From Paragordius varius (Eukaryota > Animalia > Nematomorpha), in assembly GCA_964247055.1 (NCBI GenBank), contig OZ176052.1:10416001-10480000 (forward strand): a stretch of DNA of 64,000 bases, read 5' to 3'. Below are positions 60,774 to 64,000 of the stretch, one piece after another. Under the pieces are notes generated by a model. It ran no database searches and was not told the origin of the DNA. It saw only the letters and a program-made list of their open reading frames with translations. Both the position numbers and the translations under genes were made by a program. Numbering within the stretch: position 1 is the first letter of the stretch; each line of letters opens with the position of its first letter.

Positions 60774-62494
60774 TCTTGGATACAACACATTCATTTCAGA
60801 CCTTTGATTCTAATTGGGGTAGTTGGAAACCCCAGGCCTATTTAAATTTAATACTTGATAAAATATGGAAGGAATCAAAACCATGGCAAAATCCACTTAT
60901 CATAGATAAACAGGAATATATAAAAAAATACATTCAAAAATACTGATATAACTTATTTTAAGGTAAAACCCAAAGGTAAAAATTTAGTCAACCTGACATG
61001 TGTGCATTGGCTAAACTGAAAAATAACGCATAATAAACCAATTTTTCTATTTCTATCAATGTTAGATGTGATTTAAATAAAAAATTAGCTTGAAAAATAA
61101 AAATGGCGTCGATGTAGTTTGACACGGAATTTTTTTCTAAACGAAATTTTATTTAAATATTTTAGCCTATAATATTATTTTTATTAAGATAGATGCATAA
61201 ATTTAAATTTTTACCTTTTCCCAGTTTTTTTTAAAAATACCAATTTAAATTTTATGGAGTAATTAAATACCCCAGACTAAATTTTGAATAGGATTTTTAA
61301 TAACCACTGAAGGAAACGGTCCTAATTTAAATTTATGCTTCTATCCTAAAATAGATTATATAAATAAGCCAAAATATGAAAATAAATTTTTTTTTGAAAA
61401 AAAAGTTCCATGTCAAACTACTTCGACGCCACTTTGATTTTACAAAATTTTTGCAAAATATCGTCTTCATTTAATTTTAAGGGTAAAATTATAACTAATT
61501 TTTTATTTAACACTTGGGTACAACTTATTGATTTCAGTTCTTCGATTCAAATTGGGGTATGTTGGATACCCCAAGCCTGTTTAAAATTAAATACTTTAAA
61601 AAATATGGAAGGAATCAAACCATGGCAAAATTTTGCACTTATATAACATTAAAAAACCGTAATGTATAAAAAATTTCATTCAAAATATTTGATATTACTT
61701 ATTTTGATGTAAAACCCAATGGTAAAAATTTAGTCAACGTAACATGTGTGTATCGGCTAAATTGAAAAATAATGCAAAATAAACCACTTTTTCTATTTCT
61801 ATCAATGTTAAATGTAATTTAAATAAAAAATTAGCTTTAAATTTACCTTTAAAATTAAATGAATACGATGTTTTGCAAAAAAATTTTACTATAAAAATGG
61901 CGTTCAAGTAATTAGACATGGAACATTTTTTTCAAAACGAAATTTTATTTAGATATTTTGGCTTATTCATATAATTTGTATTAGGATAGAAGCATAAATT
62001 TAACACTTGGATACAACACACTCACTTTAGTCCTTTGATTCAAATTGGGGTAGTTGGAGACCCCAGGCCTGTTTTAAATTAAATACTTAAAAATATATGG
62101 AAGGAATCTAAACCATGGCAAAATTTTGGACTTATATAACATTAATTAACCGAAATATATAAAAAATTTTATTCAAAATCGAAGTGTTAAATTACATCTA
62201 ACATTAGTAGAAATGAAAAAAGCTGTCTATTTTGTATTGTTTTTCATTTTACCATTGCAGAATGTCACGTTGACTAAATTTTTAACTTTCGGTTTTGGCT
62301 TAAAATAAGTTATATCAAGTATTTTCGAATAATTTTTTTTATATACTTCGCTTTATTAATGTTATATAGGTGCAAGATTTTGCCATGGTTTTAACTCCTT
62401 CCATACTTTTTAAAGAATTTAATTTAAAACAGTGGGGTATTTAACTACCACAATTTAAATCGAAGGACTAAAATGAATGTGTTGTATCCAAGTG
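60774..62494. mobile_element. Composite of four piggyBac-like MITE copies (fused and nested)
   Basis: Forward copy 60774-~61262 fused to a reverse copy (~61262-61510 plus 62187-62494). Copy 61511 onward is inserted at TTAA, and copy 62004-62186 is inserted at TTAA inside it. Confidence 0.8.
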
Positions 62495-63132
62495 TTAATA
62501 AAAAATTTAATAAATATTATATTTTTGTTTTTTTATATGTAATTTAGTAAATGTTTTTGGAATGGAAGATATACATTTAACAAAATGTTTTATTCGACAA
62601 ATGTGCACAGATTTGCCAATTTCCGATTAGGAGCTGTAAAAAAGAGGTATTAGTAAGTATTTCAAAACACTATGATAACTCTGTTGTATTTCCATCATAA
62701 TATTTTATCAGGATAATTTGCCCTTTTTAGTATTTAAGTAGTATTTTAGGTTAGGCGCCAGTTTCAAGTTGAAGGGTGATTTTAATTTCTTTCAAATATT
62801 AATTAAATTTATAAATGAACTCTAAAAAAGCAATCCAAAAGTAATAATTTTCGTTTATTATTTTTTGAAGTGTTTATTTAAAATCTGCTCTCAAAATGTT
62901 TTAAAAAACAATTTGTCGTTGCATATATATTTTACTAATTATAGATTATTATAATATCTATAATTTTAAAAATTTAACTAATATAAATTTCATATATAAT
63001 ATTTGTTTTTCCATCTGATTCACTCCTTTTTGATAAAATCATCGGTATATATTTTTACCTGATAATTTTTAATTTCATAATTCCATTACACAAAACAATA
63101 CAATTAGGCCTTCACAGAATGTTTATGCTTAG

Positions 63133-63257
63133 AAATTCCGGATTTCGCGAATTTTTTTTATGGCATTTGTGAATTTATTTTATGAAAAACGTAATGAAAC
63201 ATTTAGAGTTTTTGATATTTATTTCACTTATTCACGGGATAAGCATGGAAAAAACTG
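63133..63257 (+). CDS. Candidate internal exon of an unidentified gene
   Basis: cttag| 41 open codons (KFRISRIFFMAFVNLFYEKRNETFRVFDIYFTYSRDKHGKNW) |gtatga. Partner exons not established. Confidence 0.3.
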
Positions 63258-64000
63258 GTATGATTATAAATTATACATTTTTATTAATACTATCTAGTTT
63301 ATGTTGAAAAATTATCCAATATTTTTTTGTTATATGACTTTTTATTTTCTATGTTTACTTTTAATAATATTTTTGTGGTATAAGATCGGATTAAGAACAT
63401 TATGATGGTAAGAGGATATAAAAGATACATGACCACAAACGAATATATTTTTAAAGTCGAGAACACCTTTACCTACTATAATGTATATATTCTAATAATA
63501 AAATTTAAAACATTACTGTGCAAAAAGTGTTGTATGTACATTTCAAAAAACAGACAGGGGTAATTACAAAGATTTGGGTTTAAATTTAATTTAATCCAAT
63601 ATGCATAGAATTTTATTACGTTTATTTGTACAACATACATCTGTATAATAATAATAATAATAGTAATATCAATTATAAATTTAATAATTTTGCAACAACG
63701 TTTATTTTCTGTTTGATTTATGAACTCTTTTCGGGAACCAAAAAAAAAGTTAGTTAGTTCATAAATTTTGTGCTTTAAATTTATTTTTATCAAATATTTA
63801 AAATCTATCTTTTATACATATATATGTAAGGGGTTTGAGGTAGACCACCCATGGCATTCACAGTTATTTAGTTATCAGATAAAAATATTTTTTCTTAAAA
63901 TACACATTCATTTGAAATTGGCTTGAGAATAAAAAAATTTAATTAGGAATCGGCTAGTGTTTTTCGCTAATCAAGTTTTTTTAAGGAAACACCTCATTTG

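Noticed and set aside
15098-61919. Short ORFs at 15098, 19128, 19368, 29277, 36535, 47824, 55763, 61410 and 61734
   Set aside because: All fall within or overlap MITE or foldback copies and have low-complexity K/I/F/N composition typical of chance AT-rich frames.
63476-63793. 105-aa minus-strand ORF
   Set aside because: Low-complexity Ile/Asn/Lys/Phe composition including an ATA repeat; no domain signal.

Overview
Eukaryotic (animal-type), very AT-rich, transposon-dense window with spliceosomal GT-AG introns of two size classes: tiny (19-40 nt) and kb-scale, TE-filled. No prokaryotic features or CRISPR. By hand-splicing I can assemble five host genes. (1) A secreted 3-exon serpin (416 aa, P1 Lys), 362-3408 +. 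(2) ERCC8/CSA WD40 protein, ~10992-12474 +, with 23-25 nt introns. (3) A multi-exon minus-strand gene (12617 to at least 24111) encoding six 6-Cys laminin-EGF-like modules fused to a trypsin-fold domain with all three catalytic residues replaced. (4) A highly diverged, signal-peptide-bearing M13/neprilysin-like gene, 37321-~42766 +, with no HExxH and a Ser/Gly-rich insert. (5) A secreted single-domain Kunitz inhibitor (80 aa, P1 Arg), 56746-57774 -. The best candidate for an undescribed system is this co-located set of two basic-P1 protease inhibitors plus two predicted dead proteases; functional linkage is inference only. The rest is mobile DNA: a near-intact but 5'-truncated Ty3/gypsy element (49070-~53140 -), a decayed hAT (45294-47420, perfect 8-bp TSD) in the loop of a long TA-flanked foldback, several hAT MITE families, a TTAA-targeting piggyBac-like MITE that repeatedly nests in itself, an RTE LINE relic and a tRNA-derived SINE head. 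Tiny introns, extreme AT content and a secreted protease-inhibitor repertoire would fit a reduced parasitic animal such as a myxozoan, but taxonomy cannot be proven from this window. All gene models are manual, without RNA data or database searches.
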